A DNA stretch of 64,000 bases from Acidobacteriota bacterium (GCA_965205505.1 CBDBHB010000008.1:512001-576000), one strand, 5' to 3'; counted from the first letter of the stretch, positions 10,678 to 22,730 are shown. Notes: generated by a model not told the origin, from the sequence alone. Numbers and translations are program-made.

Positions 10678-13419
10678 TCAACGGTCGAACCAATGGTCCT
10701 GCAGGATCTCGACTGTGCGTCGATGTTCGACACCATCGACGGTCAAGACGATCGTGTACTCGCCGGGTGGGACGCGAACGTGCTTGAATTCGCGCTCGGT
10801 CGGGCCCGGGTCATGGACGCGGGTGCGCATGGAGCGGCCGGTCATCGTGACCTCTTCGTCGGCCGCGCCATAGTAGTCGACGAGGTCGTAGTAGTCGTAA
10901 TACTCATTGTCCTCTGCGCGGAAGCGGTTTCGCCGATCCCAGGTAGCGATCTCCTCCGGCGTGCGAAGAATGCGCTCGGTCATGCCCCACTCGAGAGCGT
11001 TGAGGCCCGGTTCACCAGAGCCTGTGTACTCGCTGATAAGCCGTGCACCCTTGAAAATCTCGACGACGACTTCGCCAGCGGATCCATCTCTCAAGTAATA
11101 GTTGACGACCACCCCATGTGGCTCGTTCTCGCCGGCGAAGTTCTGGGCACTCACCGTCGTTTGGTGGGCGATGATCCATTGCACCTTGGGCTCGATGCGA
11201 AACAGGTGGGCGTCTCGCGATAGCACGTCTGAGGTGAGCTCCTGCAGCGGCGAGATGTCGGCAATGAAAAAACCGCGGCCGTGCGTGCCGACGATCAGGT
11301 CGCTCTCACGCGGGTGGATCAGCAAGTCTTGGATGCCTACGGTCGGCATGTCGTTCTGCATACGTGTCCAATGTGAGCCGCCGTCGAGGCTGACGTGGAC
11401 CGAGCGATTGGTGCCGACGAAGAGCAGGTTCGGGTTCCGGGGATCTTCCTGCAGAGCGGCAATCGATTCCTCCGGCAGGTTGCCGACGACCCATGACCAA
11501 GTCTCACCGAAATCCGTCGTTTTGTAGAGGTAGGGGGAAAAATCGTCGCGGAAGTAACCACTGAGGGCAACGTACGCGGTCCCGGCATCGTGATGGGATG
11601 CGACGATGCGTTTCACCCAGTACCCCGGGTTGTCGGGAATACGATCGTTGAGCAGCGTCCATGTGGCGCCACCATCGCGGCTGAGCTGCACGTTGCCATC
11701 GTCGGTGCCGACCCAGATAACACCTTGCTGCACGGGCGACTCGGCGATCGTGCTGATGGTGCAATAGAGGCCGCGGCGGGCAGGGTCGTCGGTCGTCAGA
11801 TCCGGGCTGACGATCTCCCACGCCTCGCCACGGAAGGGGGAGCGCAGCAGAACGTTGGCCCCCTGATACAACACGTTGGGATCGTGCGGGGAGATCAGCA
11901 CGGGTGCGTTGAAGTTGAAGCGCACGGAAGCATCGCCCTCATAGCGTATGTTCCTGCGTCGTCCCGTCTCTTGATCGACGCGCACCAATCCACCGTTCTG
12001 AGATTCGCTGTATAGCCAGCGACTATTGCTCGGATCGACCCGGTTGTAGAAACCGTCGCCTCCCGTGATGTGCTCCCAGTCCTCGAAGCGAATGGGAAAG
12101 CGCCCCTTCTTGGTGCTCGGACCCTTCCAGGACCCGAAATCATAGATGCCAGCGTAGACGTTGTACGGGTAGTCGTTGTCGGCGTCGATCTCGTAGAGTT
12201 GCGCCAGCGGCAATTCGTCGGGGTGATACCAGTTCTTGCCTGCGTCGTGGCTTATCGCGAAGCCGTAGTCGTATCCGAACAACATGCGGCGAGAATCGTT
12301 GGGGTCGATCCACAGGGCGTGGTTGTCGCCGCCGTAACGGAATGCCTCCTGCCACGTGCGGCCACCGTCTCGCGACTCGTGGGACCCGTTAGAGAGAATG
12401 TAGACGTGATCGGGATCGTTCGGATCAACGCGGATAACGCCGAAATAGGAACCGCCGGGTAGCCGTTGGTCCGCCGGGCTGACCAGGCGCCACGTCTCGC
12501 CCGCATCGTCGGAGCGGTAAATACGGGTGTTGTCGAAGCGACCGCCCGATACGCGCCCCTCATCAATCGAGGCATAGAGGATGTTGGGATCACGCCGATA
12601 GATGTCGATGCCGATCCGGCCGGGTTCGCCTTTCGGCAGGCCGTTCGTCAGCTCTCTCCATGTGCGACCGCCATCCGTCGTCTTGTGAATGCCGGCGCTC
12701 GGGTTCGGTAGGTTGAAGTCCCAGGCCGTCCACGGCCGTCGCACTTTGTTCCAGGCGGCGGCGTACAGCGTTTCCGCGTCCGTCGGGTCCATGACCACGT
12801 CAATGACACCGACGTGGAACCCATTGCGAACGATCTCGAGGACTTTGCTCCACGTCTGCCCGCCGTCGGTGGTCTTGTAGAGACCACGCTCCGCGCTCTC
12901 GGAGTAAAGCTTCCCATGGGCGGCAACATAGACCGTGTTCGGGTCATCGGGGTGAATCAGAACGCGGCCGATATGGTGGGTCTCGGACAGGCCCATGTTT
13001 CGCCAGGTCGCACCGCCGTCGACCGACTTGTACACACCGTCGCCCCAGTAGAAACCACCGTCGTTGGCTTCTCCCGTGCCAACCCAGACGACATTCGGAT
13101 CTGAAGGAGCCACGGCGAGCGAGCCGATCGAACTGACGGTCTGACGGTCGAAGATCGGCTCGAACGTGTTGCCGTTGTTGGCCGTCTTCCAAACGCCGCC
13201 ATTCGCCGTGCCAACGTAGAAAGTCGTGGAGTCCTGTGGGTTGACTGCAAAGTCGGCAATGCGACCCCCTTGCCGCGTGGGGCCGGTCTCACGGTAGTGG
13301 ATAGGCGCCAGCAACTCTTCCGATAGCTGCTGTGCTTGGATGCCCTCCGTCAGCGGGATCGCCAGAAGGAGCCCGGAGACTACGAGGATGGACTGCAGCG
13401 ATGCGAACTTGGCAAGCAT
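10678..13419 (-). CDS. VPS10/sortilin-like BNR (Asp-box) repeat protein, glycosyl hydrolase-like
   Basis: 913 aa; repeated S/TxDGGxTW boxes; GPTRQGGRI N-terminus. Confidence 0.88.
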   Translation of the reverse strand: MLAKFASLQSILVVSGLLLAIPLTEGIQAQQLSEELLAPIHYRETGPTRQGGRIADFAVNPQDSTTFYVGTANGGVWKTANNGNTFEPIFDRQTVSSIGSLAVAPSDPNVVWVGTGEANDGGFYWGDGVYKSVDGGATWRNMGLSETHHIGRVLIHPDDPNTVYVAAHGKLYSESAERGLYKTTDGGQTWSKVLEIVRNGFHVGVIDVVMDPTDAETLYAAAWNKVRRPWTAWDFNLPNPSAGIHKTTDGGRTWRELTNGLPKGEPGRIGIDIYRRDPNILYASIDEGRVSGGRFDNTRIYRSDDAGETWRLVSPADQRLPGGSYFGVIRVDPNDPDHVYILSNGSHESRDGGRTWQEAFRYGGDNHALWIDPNDSRRMLFGYDYGFAISHDAGKNWYHPDELPLAQLYEIDADNDYPYNVYAGIYDFGSWKGPSTKKGRFPIRFEDWEHITGGDGFYNRVDPSNSRWLYSESQNGGLVRVDQETGRRRNIRYEGDASVRFNFNAPVLISPHDPNVLYQGANVLLRSPFRGEAWEIVSPDLTTDDPARRGLYCTISTIAESPVQQGVIWVGTDDGNVQLSRDGGATWTLLNDRIPDNPGYWVKRIVASHHDAGTAYVALSGYFRDDFSPYLYKTTDFGETWSWVVGNLPEESIAALQEDPRNPNLLFVGTNRSVHVSLDGGSHWTRMQNDMPTVGIQDLLIHPRESDLIVGTHGRGFFIADISPLQELTSDVLSRDAHLFRIEPKVQWIIAHQTTVSAQNFAGENEPHGVVVNYYLRDGSAGEVVVEIFKGARLISEYTGSGEPGLNALEWGMTERILRTPEEIATWDRRNRFRAEDNEYYDYYDLVDYYGAADEEVTMTGRSMRTRVHDPGPTEREFKHVRVPPGEYTIVLTVDGVEHRRTVEILQDHWFDR

Positions 13420-13619
13420 GGACCCCTTCTCGAGCCTCCTCGGATCCGGGCTCAGAGGATCAGGAAACTGTCTTTCTTGGGTGGCTGAACGAACTGGACT
13501 TCCCGACCGGTGGGTGAGCTTCGTGCACGGGAGCTTAGTTCGTGCGGGCGCTCATTACCGCAACCTCTTCATCGAGCCCGTCCGGGCAGGTTGTCTCTCA
13601 GGGAACGATCATGCCGGAG

Positions 13620-13797
13620 CATCGGCATTGCTTTGACGAACGCGCATGTCAAGATGCACTTCCCCGACGGGACCAGCAAGGAAATGATCCGCAACGCCGG
13701 CGACGTTGAAGCATATCGAGCGGGAGACAACCCACCCGAGAACTTGGGCGATGAGGTCGTCGAGGTTGCGTTGGTGGAGTTGAAAGGGAAAGAGTGA
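13620..13797 (+). pseudogene. Cupin-like protein C-terminal fragment
   Basis: VKMHFPDG...NAGDV...[16 protein letters not shown]; no clear start. Confidence 0.4.
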
Positions 13798-13817
13798 CGC
13801 GCCCCCGAGCACACCGA

Positions 13818-16044
13818 ATGCACGACCAACACACGCACGGGCACGATCACGAATCCGACCCCGAGCCGACCCCGACGCTCGACCCGGTCTGCGGGATGGT
13901 GGTCGATCCCGACACGACCCTTCATCATGCGGTCCACGACGGACAGGAGTTCCACTTCTGCGGCGCCGGGTGCAAGGCGAGGTTCGAGGCCGACCCGGCT
14001 GCGTTTGGCGATGAGGCGCCACCGCCTGCGGACGTAGCGGCGGGCACGGAATACACGTGTCCCATGCACCCCGAGATCCGCCAGATCGGACCAGGGACCT
14101 GCCCGATTTGCGGCATGGCGCTCGAACCGGTGCTGATCACGGCCGAGCCCAAAGACGACGGCGAGCTGCGCGACATGACGCGGCGCCTGGTGGTCAGCGC
14201 CGCGTTCACCCTGCCGGTGTTCGTCATCGCCATGGGCGACCTCATCCCTGGCCGTCCGCTGCAGGCGGTGGCGTCTCCCGCGGCGTACGCCTGGATCGAG
14301 CTGGCCCTGGCCACGCCGGTCATCTTCTATGGAGCGTGGCCGTTCTTCGTGCGGGGCGTGCAGTCGTTGGTCAACCGCAGCCTGAACATGTTTACTCTGA
14401 TCAGCCTCGGTGTCGCGGTCGCGTACGGATACTCGGTGGTCGCCGTGCTCCTGCCGGATGTCTTTCCGCCGGCGTTCCGTGAGCACGGCGTAGTGGCGCG
14501 CTATTTCGAGGCCGCCGCCGTTATCACCACCCTGGTCCTGGTGGGCCAGGTGATGGAGCTCCGGGCCCGCAGCCAGACCGGTGCGGCGATCCGTGCCCTG
14601 CTCGGCCTGGCGCCCAAGACGGCCCGCCGCGTCGAAGACGACGGCACCGAAGGCGACGTGCCCCTCGATCAGGTGCAACTCGGCGACAAGCTTCGGGTAC
14701 GACCCGGCGAGAAGGTACCCGTCGACGGCGTCGTGCTCGAGGGCACCAGCAACATCGACGAATCGATGGTCACCGGAGAGGCCTTGCCGGTGACCAAGCA
14801 GGTCGGCGATCCGGTGATCGGCGCAACGGTGAACGGAACGGGCGGGTTGGTGATCCGCGCCGAGAGAGTGGGTGCCGACACCCTGCTCGCCCGTATCGTG
14901 CAGATGGTGGCCGAGGCACAGCGCAGCCGAGCGCCGATCCAGAAGCTAGCCGACCAGGTGGCGGGTGTGTTCGTTCCCGGCGTCATCCTGATCGCCATCG
15001 TGACCTTCGCGATCTGGGCGCTGGGCGGGCCCGAGCCGCGATTGGCGACTGCGCTCGTCAATGCCGTCGCGGTGCTGATCATCGCCTGTCCATGTGCACT
15101 GGGGCTGGCCACGCCGATGTCCATCATGGTGGCGACCGGAAAGGGCGCGCTATCGGGCGTGCTGTTCAAGAATGCCGAAGCCATCGAGGTCATGCGCCAG
15201 GTCGACACGCTGGTCACCGACAAGACCGGCACGCTGACCGAGGGCCATCCCGCGCTGGTCGCCGTCGAGTCCCTCGGCGCACTGGTCGACGACGAGCTCC
15301 TGACGCTCGCCGCCTCACTAGAGCGTGGGAGCGAGCACCCGCTCGCCGAGGCCATCGTGCGGGGCGCCGAGAAGCGGGCGCTCACTTTGCTGCCCGTCGA
15401 GGACTTCGGCTCGGTGACGGGTAAGGGCGTGCGCGGCCGGGTCGACGGCCACGACGTGGCGCTCGGAAACGCGAAGATGCTCGCGGAGATCGGCCTAGAA
15501 CCAGGTGACACATTGGCGAAGGCCGACGCGCGGCGGGCAGGGGGTCAGACGGTCATGTTCGTTGCGGTGGACGCGTCGCTTGCGGGTTTGCTGGCGGTGG
15601 CCGATCCAATCAAGGAGACGACACCGGCCGCCATCGCCGCGCTCAAGGCGGAGGGACTGCGCATCGTCATGTTGACCGGGGACGCGCGTGGTACCGCCGA
15701 AGCGGTGGCGCACCAGCTCGGTATCGACGAGGTGAAGGCCGAGGTTCTGCCCGAGGACAAGGTGGTGGAGGTGAGGCACCTGCAGGCCGCGGGGCGCATC
15801 GTCGCAATGGCCGGCGATGGCATCAACGACGCGCCGGCTCTCGCGGGCCACCATGCGCAACATTCGCCAGAATCTGGTATTCGCGTTCGGCTACAACGCG
15901 GTTGGCGTGCCGATCGCCGCCGGGGTGCTGTACCCGTTCGTAGGTCTGCTGCTATCGCCGATGCTCGCCGCCGCAGCGATGAGCCTCTCGTCCGTCTCGG
16001 TCATCGCCAACGCACTCCGCCTGGGTCGCGACCGGACTCCCTGA
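13818..16044 (+). pseudogene. copA: Cu(I)-translocating P1B ATPase with YHS domain, internal deletion plus frameshift
   Basis: [38 protein letters not shown]; the next segment is missing and [11 protein letters not shown] continues in another frame to the stop at 16044. Confidence 0.9.
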
Positions 16045-16075
16045 GCCGAAAACTCGTTCTGGGCAACCGCGGCGC

Positions 16076-17413
16076 TTACCGGCCCGCGCTCTTGAGTTGA
16101 TACCAGAGACTGAGCCCGTTATCACGGACCCCACCAAACAGCTGCTCGGAGTCGTTCCAGATCCGTCGGCTCGTCACATCAACGCCGGCACGGTCGACGA
16201 ATACGAGGGCAAACGCAACCGCGTACTGGGGCGGCATCCGCGAACCCTCGATATCGCCGGCGATCGTCCGGTAGTCAAGATCCGAATCCGCGATCCAGAC
16301 GGCCGCCTGCTCGACCGCATACGTCACGGACGGGTACAACGTCGGCGAGTTGGCGACGGTGTAGGTGCCGACCTGAATCTGATACATCAGATCCTCGAGG
16401 CGCGACTCCGTGCTCGGCGGAAGAATCTCGAGCGAGTCGCTCTTGTTGGGAATCCTGCGATCGCGCTGGCGACCGACGGTCCGCACCGTCCAGTCGCGCC
16501 AGTCGGCATCCGAGAGCACGACCCATCCATCGCGGCGAGCCACCATGTCCCTGGCACCGTCGTCGGATCGAAAATACGCTCCGACCGGCGATGTCACGAC
16601 AATCGACTGACCACCGGTTCGCCTGATGCGAATCGTCACCGCTTCGTTGCCGGCGCCAACCGCCTGAACCTCGACAAGGCCGGCGTCGATAGCGTCGAAC
16701 AGATCGTAGTCGTCGAGTGACCCTCCTGTCGTGGCGCTGCTGGAGCGAAAGAAGAAGAGGTGCTGGCTTGGAAGAAAGTCGTGCAGCTCTACCAACTCGA
16801 AGCCGGCAGCCTTCCACTCCAGCAGCACCTGGCGCACCGACATCCGGTGGTCGGCCTTGATCTGGTCTCCGGTGCCGTCCTCGACGCGATACTCGAGCAG
16901 TGCGACGCGCCCACCGGGCGAGAGCGCTCGACGGATACCCGCCAGCATCGGCTCTGGATCGGACATCTCGTGATAGACGTCGGCGATGATCACCCAGTCG
17001 ACCTCGCCGGCGGGAAGCTTCGGGTCGACGGCGGTACCGAGAATGGCCTCAATGCCGGTGACGTTTTCATCGGCGGCCAGCCCCTTCATGATCTCGAGCA
17101 TCTCTGGCTGGATGTCCTCGCAGTACACCGTTCCGCCCGGCCCTACCAACGGTGCCATCTGACGCGCGTAGTACCCTGAGCCGCACCCCACATCAGCCAC
17201 CACGTCACCGGGGCTCAGAGCCATCGCCTCCAAGACGCGTCGCGGCTGTTCCTCGACCACCCGGTCTTCACGCTCGAGCCACTCTGCACCGAGATAGGTC
17301 ATGAATTCCGCCGGCACCCGATGACGTTGCTGGCGGTCGGTCTGCGCTCCGGCCGAATGGAAACCGGTGGCGATGCCCAGGAGAACGGCGAGTACAACAG
17401 GACGGTTCTTCAA
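16076..17413 (-). CDS. Secreted class I SAM-dependent methyltransferase with additional C-terminal domain
   Basis: [32 protein letters not shown]. Confidence 0.82.
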   Translation of the reverse strand: MKNRPVVLAVLLGIATGFHSAGAQTDRQQRHRVPAEFMTYLGAEWLEREDRVVEEQPRRVLEAMALSPGDVVADVGCGSGYYARQMAPLVGPGGTVYCEDIQPEMLEIMKGLAADENVTGIEAILGTAVDPKLPAGEVDWVIIADVYHEMSDPEPMLAGIRRALSPGGRVALLEYRVEDGTGDQIKADHRMSVRQVLLEWKAAGFELVELHDFLPSQHLFFFRSSSATTGGSLDDYDLFDAIDAGLVEVQAVGAGNEAVTIRIRRTGGQSIVVTSPVGAYFRSDDGARDMVARRDGWVVLSDADWRDWTVRTVGRQRDRRIPNKSDSLEILPPSTESRLEDLMYQIQVGTYTVANSPTLYPSVTYAVEQAAVWIADSDLDYRTIAGDIEGSRMPPQYAVAFALVFVDRAGVDVTSRRIWNDSEQLFGGVRDNGLSLWYQLKSAGR

Positions 17414-17501
17414 GAGAGATCCCTCAGAGAGCAGCGTTCTTTCAGCCTACCATTGGTCACTGTCAAGTCCCTCTGGTCTCCGCGTACGGCTACGCACGCC
17501 G

Positions 17502-18674
17502 TCAGGTGTTCACGAAGAGCTTTCGCGGCAGGGTCGAGAAGCTCTCCGGTGCGCCGTCCTCGGTCACCCGGATCGTCTCGCTGAGCTCGAAGCCCCAGTT
17601 GTCCATCCACATCCCGAGGATCATGTGGAAGGTCATGTCGGGCTCCAGCACGGTGGTGTCGCCGGGGCGCAGGCTGGCGGTGTGCTCACCCCAGTCCGGC
17701 GGATAGCCGATGCCGATCGAGTAGCCGATGCGCGACTCCTTCTCCAAGTCGGCCTTGGTGATCACCGCGCGCCAGGCGGCCTCCACCTGCTCGCACGTGG
17801 TACCCGGACGGGCCTTCTCGAGCGCCACCTCCATGCCCTCCACGACCACGTCGGCAACCCGGGTGAGGCGGGGCGGCGGCGAGCCTAGGAATACGGTGCG
17901 AGCCAGCCCGGCGTGGTAGCGATGCCGGCAACCGGCGAGCTCGATGTTGGTTGCCTCCCCCACCCTGAAGCGATTGTCCGTCCAGCTCAGGTGGGGGGCC
18001 GACGCCTTCTCGCCGGTTGGCATGAACAGCACGTGGCTGGGGAGATCGCCCCCGAATTCCGGTGTGCCCTCGATCTCGGTAGCGTAGAAAGTCGCCGCCG
18101 CGTCGCACTCGCGCACCCCCGGCTCGATCCGATCGATGACGGCTTGCATGGCGCGGTCCGCAATCGCGCCCGCCGCGCGCAGGTGCTCGATCTCACGCGT
18201 CGACTTGACCAATCGGACCCAGTTCACCAGCAGGTTGGCGTCGACGAAAGTGGCATCGGGGAGACCCAGCCGAAGTTGCTCGTAGGCGCGGGCGGTAAAG
18301 AAGTAGCTGTCCATCTCCACACCGAGGGAACGGTCGCCCCAGCCCCTGTCCGCGAGCACGCCGGCAATGAAGTCCATCTCGTGCCGCGCTGCCGACTGCA
18401 CGTACTCCTCCGGATAGCCGACCAGGCTGTCGGAGCTCAGGAAGGCGGAGTGCCGAGCGCAGGCGATGTCCATTTGCCGCCCGATCCAGAGTGGCTCCGC
18501 CGTGTCCAGCGCCAGCGCTGCCAGCTGGTGCACGTAAAACGACCAACCGTTGTAGCCGGTCAGGTAGTTCATGTTGGACGGATCGGTGACGAGCAACACC
18601 TCGATGCCCGCCGCCTCCATACGGCGCTTGGTCTCTTCGATGCGGCTCAGGTACTCGTGCGTCTCGAAGGGCAT
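17502..18674 (-). CDS. M24 family hydrolase, ectoine hydrolase DoeA/creatinase-like
   Basis: DPSNMNYLTGYNGWSFYVHQ, LVNWVRLVKS, GYSIGIGYPPDWGEHT. Confidence 0.85.
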   Translation of the reverse strand: MPFETHEYLSRIEETKRRMEAAGIEVLLVTDPSNMNYLTGYNGWSFYVHQLAALALDTAEPLWIGRQMDIACARHSAFLSSDSLVGYPEEYVQSAARHEMDFIAGVLADRGWGDRSLGVEMDSYFFTARAYEQLRLGLPDATFVDANLLVNWVRLVKSTREIEHLRAAGAIADRAMQAVIDRIEPGVRECDAAATFYATEIEGTPEFGGDLPSHVLFMPTGEKASAPHLSWTDNRFRVGEATNIELAGCRHRYHAGLARTVFLGSPPPRLTRVADVVVEGMEVALEKARPGTTCEQVEAAWRAVITKADLEKESRIGYSIGIGYPPDWGEHTASLRPGDTTVLEPDMTFHMILGMWMDNWGFELSETIRVTEDGAPESFSTLPRKLFVNT

Positions 18675-18752
18675 CTTCGAACTTCCGTCTGTTGGCTCGT
18701 CGATTGTCGGGACGGCGGCCGGGGGGAGCCCCCGGAAATCGCGGGCAGACAT

Positions 18753-20651
18753 CTACCGAACGATCGGTAGCACCACGTAGGAGGCGTGGTCGCCGGCGTG
18801 GTGGATGGTGTTGTACGCCACCACCCACTCTGTCTCGTCGAAGTTGTTTCCCCCGGTGTTCAGGTTGCGATCAAAGCGCGGAAAGCTGGAGCTCGACACC
18901 TCCACGCGAATCCTGTGCTCGGGCCCGAAATAGTTGCTGGTGGCGTGCATATCGACCCGCAAGGCGTATACGTCGCCTGGGCTCATCCACACCGAGCGAT
19001 CGAAGCCCTCCCGGTAGCGCGCTCGCAGGATGCCTTCCTGCACATTGTAGGCGGTGCCGTCCGGATACACGTCGACCAGCTTGACGAGGAAGTCGGTGTC
19101 CCTGGCCGAGGACGATACGTACAGCATCGCCTCGATCGGCCCGGTCACCTCAACGCCCGCCTCGAGCGGCGGCGTCGTGTACACGAGCACATCCTGCCGC
19201 ATCTCGACCTCCCGCTGATCGAACGACCCTCCCTCGGCCTCGGGCGTGCCCGAGCAACAGAAGTTCCCTCCCCGCGACGGCACCGGCGTGGCCGGGTCGT
19301 AGGTGTACCGGTCGGGTGGCTCGTCGCCGGGAGACGCGACCGACAGCGTGCCGCTGCCGAAGCGACTGTTAGCCAGTCCGTCGCTATGCAGGTAGTACTT
19401 GGTAAACCGGGTGTCGGGTACGGGCCACTGCGGCGCGGAGCGCCACTCGTTCCTACCCATCAGGTAGTACTGCACCTTGGGCATCGTGGTGATGCCGTTG
19501 TCCACGCCTGCGAGCCAGTGATCGAACCAATCGACGTAGATCCTCCGGAAATCTTTGCGAGCATCGCCGAGGTCACGCTCCCCGACGATGGTGCGCTGTG
19601 TGGTTCTCTCCGAGCCGCAGTGCGTCGTCGGCGAGATGATCACGAACTGGTTGTCACGCGCGCGGGTGCTCTCGGAGTTGCGCTGCAGCAGGTTGAACTC
19701 GTAGAGGGTCTCGGCAACGCCGTAGTCGTACCAGGAGTTGATGAACAGTGCGGGAACGTCGAAGCGATCCTCGTCGGTCAGGTAGTGGAACTGGTCCCAC
19801 CAGGGGTCGGTGAGCGGTGTCGACACGACACGCTCCCAATCGGTCGGAGGCGTGCGGCCTTTGTTCATCATGTCCACGATGGGCAAGGTCGGCCAGATCT
19901 CCGCGTGATCGATGTCGGGTAGCTTCGGGGCCGGATCGAAGTACTGTGCGTCATCGGACGCGAGCCACTCGCCGCGGTCCAGCTGCGGCGGCGGCGCGTA
20001 GTAGATCTTGTTGCCGCTGCCACGGAACCAGCCGAAGCCGAGAGCAAGCTCGATGGCGCCCCCGTTGATGAGCCCGAAGTAGCGATATCGCCCGCCCGCG
20101 GAACCCACGGCACCGCCTGTGGCCTGCGGGATCATGGCCGCATGATGGGGGCTCCTGAGCGTTGCCTGGAACATCTGGTAGTCGCCCGGCGAGGAGCAGC
20201 CGTAGGTCCCCACCCGGCCGTTGGACCAGGGCTGCGCCGCCAGCCAGTCCACCGTGTCGTAGCCGTCCTCCGCATCGCCGCCGTAGACCAGGAACCGTCC
20301 CTCCGATTCGTACCGCCCACGCTTGTCCTGCACGGCGACCACGTGCCCCCGGCCGGCGAACAGATTCGCCACCGACCGAGGCCGGCTGCGGTAGGCGTTC
20401 TTGTCGTACGGGGTGCGGATCAGAACGGTCGGCAGCCGGTCTCCGGCGCCCTCGGGGAAATACAAGTCGGTGGACAGGCGCACCCCGTCGCGCATCGGGA
20501 CCATGGCGCTTCGTTGTAGACGCACCTGGTACGTCGCGCTCGGCATGTCGTACTGCGCCGGACCGGCGCTCAGCGGCAAGGCCGCGGACTCGACAGAGCC
20601 GGCCGATACCGCGGCCGAGACGAACAGGAGGCCGGAAAGGACACGCCCCAT
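18753..20651 (-). CDS. CocE/NonD family serine hydrolase
   Basis: VPMRDGVRLSTD, QDKRGRYESEG, GCSSPG, SSSFPRFDRN. Confidence 0.92.
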   Translation of the reverse strand: MGRVLSGLLFVSAAVSAGSVESAALPLSAGPAQYDMPSATYQVRLQRSAMVPMRDGVRLSTDLYFPEGAGDRLPTVLIRTPYDKNAYRSRPRSVANLFAGRGHVVAVQDKRGRYESEGRFLVYGGDAEDGYDTVDWLAAQPWSNGRVGTYGCSSPGDYQMFQATLRSPHHAAMIPQATGGAVGSAGGRYRYFGLINGGAIELALGFGWFRGSGNKIYYAPPPQLDRGEWLASDDAQYFDPAPKLPDIDHAEIWPTLPIVDMMNKGRTPPTDWERVVSTPLTDPWWDQFHYLTDEDRFDVPALFINSWYDYGVAETLYEFNLLQRNSESTRARDNQFVIISPTTHCGSERTTQRTIVGERDLGDARKDFRRIYVDWFDHWLAGVDNGITTMPKVQYYLMGRNEWRSAPQWPVPDTRFTKYYLHSDGLANSRFGSGTLSVASPGDEPPDRYTYDPATPVPSRGGNFCCSGTPEAEGGSFDQREVEMRQDVLVYTTPPLEAGVEVTGPIEAMLYVSSSARDTDFLVKLVDVYPDGTAYNVQEGILRARYREGFDRSVWMSPGDVYALRVDMHATSNYFGPEHRIRVEVSSSSFPRFDRNLNTGGNNFDETEWVVAYNTIHHAGDHASYVVLPIVR

Positions 20652-20834
20652 GAATCACCTCCTCGTTGGCTGCCAAGATCCGCACGCCACAGCGGTCAGA
20701 TCTGACCACAGGCTCACCACGGGCTCAACTGGAGACCCGTTGCCTCGCTGGCCGCGACAGCCGTAGTCTCGCCCCCTGCGACCGAGTACATTGGTGTTCC
20801 CCAAGTTCCTCCCCTGCGGCCTCGGCTGCCGACC

Positions 20835-22730
20835 ATGGACACGATGAGAGAGATCTCAGTTGCGACCCGGTCCGGGTCATCCGGGACAGTCCGTGCTCGT
20901 GTCGTATGGATCGGCGTCCTGCTACTGACCCTGTGGGCGGGGTTTCTCTCGGGTCAGCAGGGCTTCCCGCGCAACCAGGCCCTCTATGTGACGATGCGCG
21001 ACGGAGTCAAGATTGCGATCGATGTCTGGTTACCTGCAAGCCTGGAGCCTGACCAGGAGATCCCGACGGTTCTTCGTGCAACGCGCTACTGGCGCGCCAC
21101 CGATACCCGCAGCGACCGGCCCGAGGACGATCGCAACTTTGGCGAGGCGGAGCGCTTCAACAACAATGGGTACGCCCTGGTCCTCGTCGACGCGCGCGGC
21201 AGTGGAGCTTCCTTCGGTACCCGGCCCTATGAGCTCAGCCAAGAAGAGGTGCAGGACTACGGTGAGGTCGTCGATTGGGTCGTCGGGCAGCCTTGGTCCA
21301 ACGGCCGGGTTGGAGCGTGGGGCGTTTCCTACTCCGGCAACACGGCGGAGATGCTGGCCGTAACCGGTCACCCAGCGGTCAAGGCGATCGCACCGCTGTT
21401 CAACGACTTCGACAACTTCGGTCACCTGGTGTTTCCGAACAGCTTGCTCACCGTCGGCTTCCTGCAAGCCTGGGGCGAGGCGGTCCATAACATGGACATG
21501 AACGATATCTGCGCGCTGCGGGATGTGACCGGAGACGCCTGTGCCGAGCTCGAGCAGCAAACGAGTGGCGTAAAGCCGGTCGACAGCGATCATGACCGGC
21601 AACAGCTCGCCGCCGCGATCCGCCAGCATGCCGCCAACACCCAGCCATACTTCGCAGCGCTGGACTACGACTTCCGCGACGACCCCTTCGGCTCTGCCGG
21701 CGTGCGGGACGTTGGCTTCAAGCGCAGCCCTGCCGGTTACCTACCTCAGATCGAGGCGTCGGGAGTAGCGATGTTGATCCGAGTCGGTTGGCTGGATGCC
21801 GCAACCGTCAACGGCGCTCTCGGCCGCTACACGACGATCGATAATCCACAGCTGGTGAAGATCGGACCCTGGGACCACGGGGCTAACAACGACACCGATC
21901 CGTTCAAGCCTGTGGCAACAGCGGTCTCGCCTTCTCGCCAGGCACAAGACGAGGAATTGATCGAGTTCTTCGATCAATTCCTCAAGACAGACACCCCGGT
22001 GACGCCGGCGAGCCGTATCGACTACTACACGATGGGCTCCGGTCAATGGAATAGCACTCAGGTGTGGCCACCCGAGGGGTTTGCGCCTCAGCGTTGGTAC
22101 TTTGCTGCAGGTTCCGCCTTGAGCAGAGACGCGCCGGCACAGGCAACCGGCGCCGACAGCTACGTAGTGGACTTCGAGGCCACCACCGGACGGCACAATC
22201 GCTGGTTCACCAATGGTGGGGCCGGAGACGTGACCTACCCGGACCGTGCGCGAGCGGATCAACGGCTTCTGACGTACACCGGCAGCCCATTGAGCAGCGA
22301 CGTCGAGATCACCGGCCACCCCCTGGTCACGCTCTACGTGGCTTCGACACACAGCGACGGCGCATTCATCGCCTATCTTGAAGACGTCGCTCCGAACGGG
22401 AAAGTGACCTATATCACCGAAGGCGGGCTACGAGCCGTGGTTCGACGCGTGACCGAGGAGCCTCCCCTCTACACGAAGTTCGGACCTCACCGCACGGAAA
22501 GGCGTGCCGACGCCTGGCACCTGATACCGGGAGAAGTCGCCGAGCTGACGTTCGACCTTTGGGCGACGTCCGTCCTTGTGAAGAAGGGACACAGAATTCG
22601 CGTAGCGATCGCGGGAGCAGACCAGGATACGTTCTTTCGCTACCCCAAAGAGGGCGGCACCCCGACGATCACGGTGTACCGGGACCGCTTGCACGCGTCC
22701 CATATCGAGCTACCCGTCAAGGCACGCTAA
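20835..22730 (+). CDS. CocE/NonD family serine hydrolase
   Basis: MRDGVKIAID, DARGSGASFG, GVSYSG; start may lie further downstream. Confidence 0.92.
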   Translation: MDTMREISVATRSGSSGTVRARVVWIGVLLLTLWAGFLSGQQGFPRNQALYVTMRDGVKIAIDVWLPASLEPDQEIPTVLRATRYWRATDTRSDRPEDDRNFGEAERFNNNGYALVLVDARGSGASFGTRPYELSQEEVQDYGEVVDWVVGQPWSNGRVGAWGVSYSGNTAEMLAVTGHPAVKAIAPLFNDFDNFGHLVFPNSLLTVGFLQAWGEAVHNMDMNDICALRDVTGDACAELEQQTSGVKPVDSDHDRQQLAAAIRQHAANTQPYFAALDYDFRDDPFGSAGVRDVGFKRSPAGYLPQIEASGVAMLIRVGWLDAATVNGALGRYTTIDNPQLVKIGPWDHGANNDTDPFKPVATAVSPSRQAQDEELIEFFDQFLKTDTPVTPASRIDYYTMGSGQWNSTQVWPPEGFAPQRWYFAAGSALSRDAPAQATGADSYVVDFEATTGRHNRWFTNGGAGDVTYPDRARADQRLLTYTGSPLSSDVEITGHPLVTLYVASTHSDGAFIAYLEDVAPNGKVTYITEGGLRAVVRRVTEEPPLYTKFGPHRTERRADAWHLIPGEVAELTFDLWATSVLVKKGHRIRVAIAGADQDTFFRYPKEGGTPTITVYRDRLHASHIELPVKAR

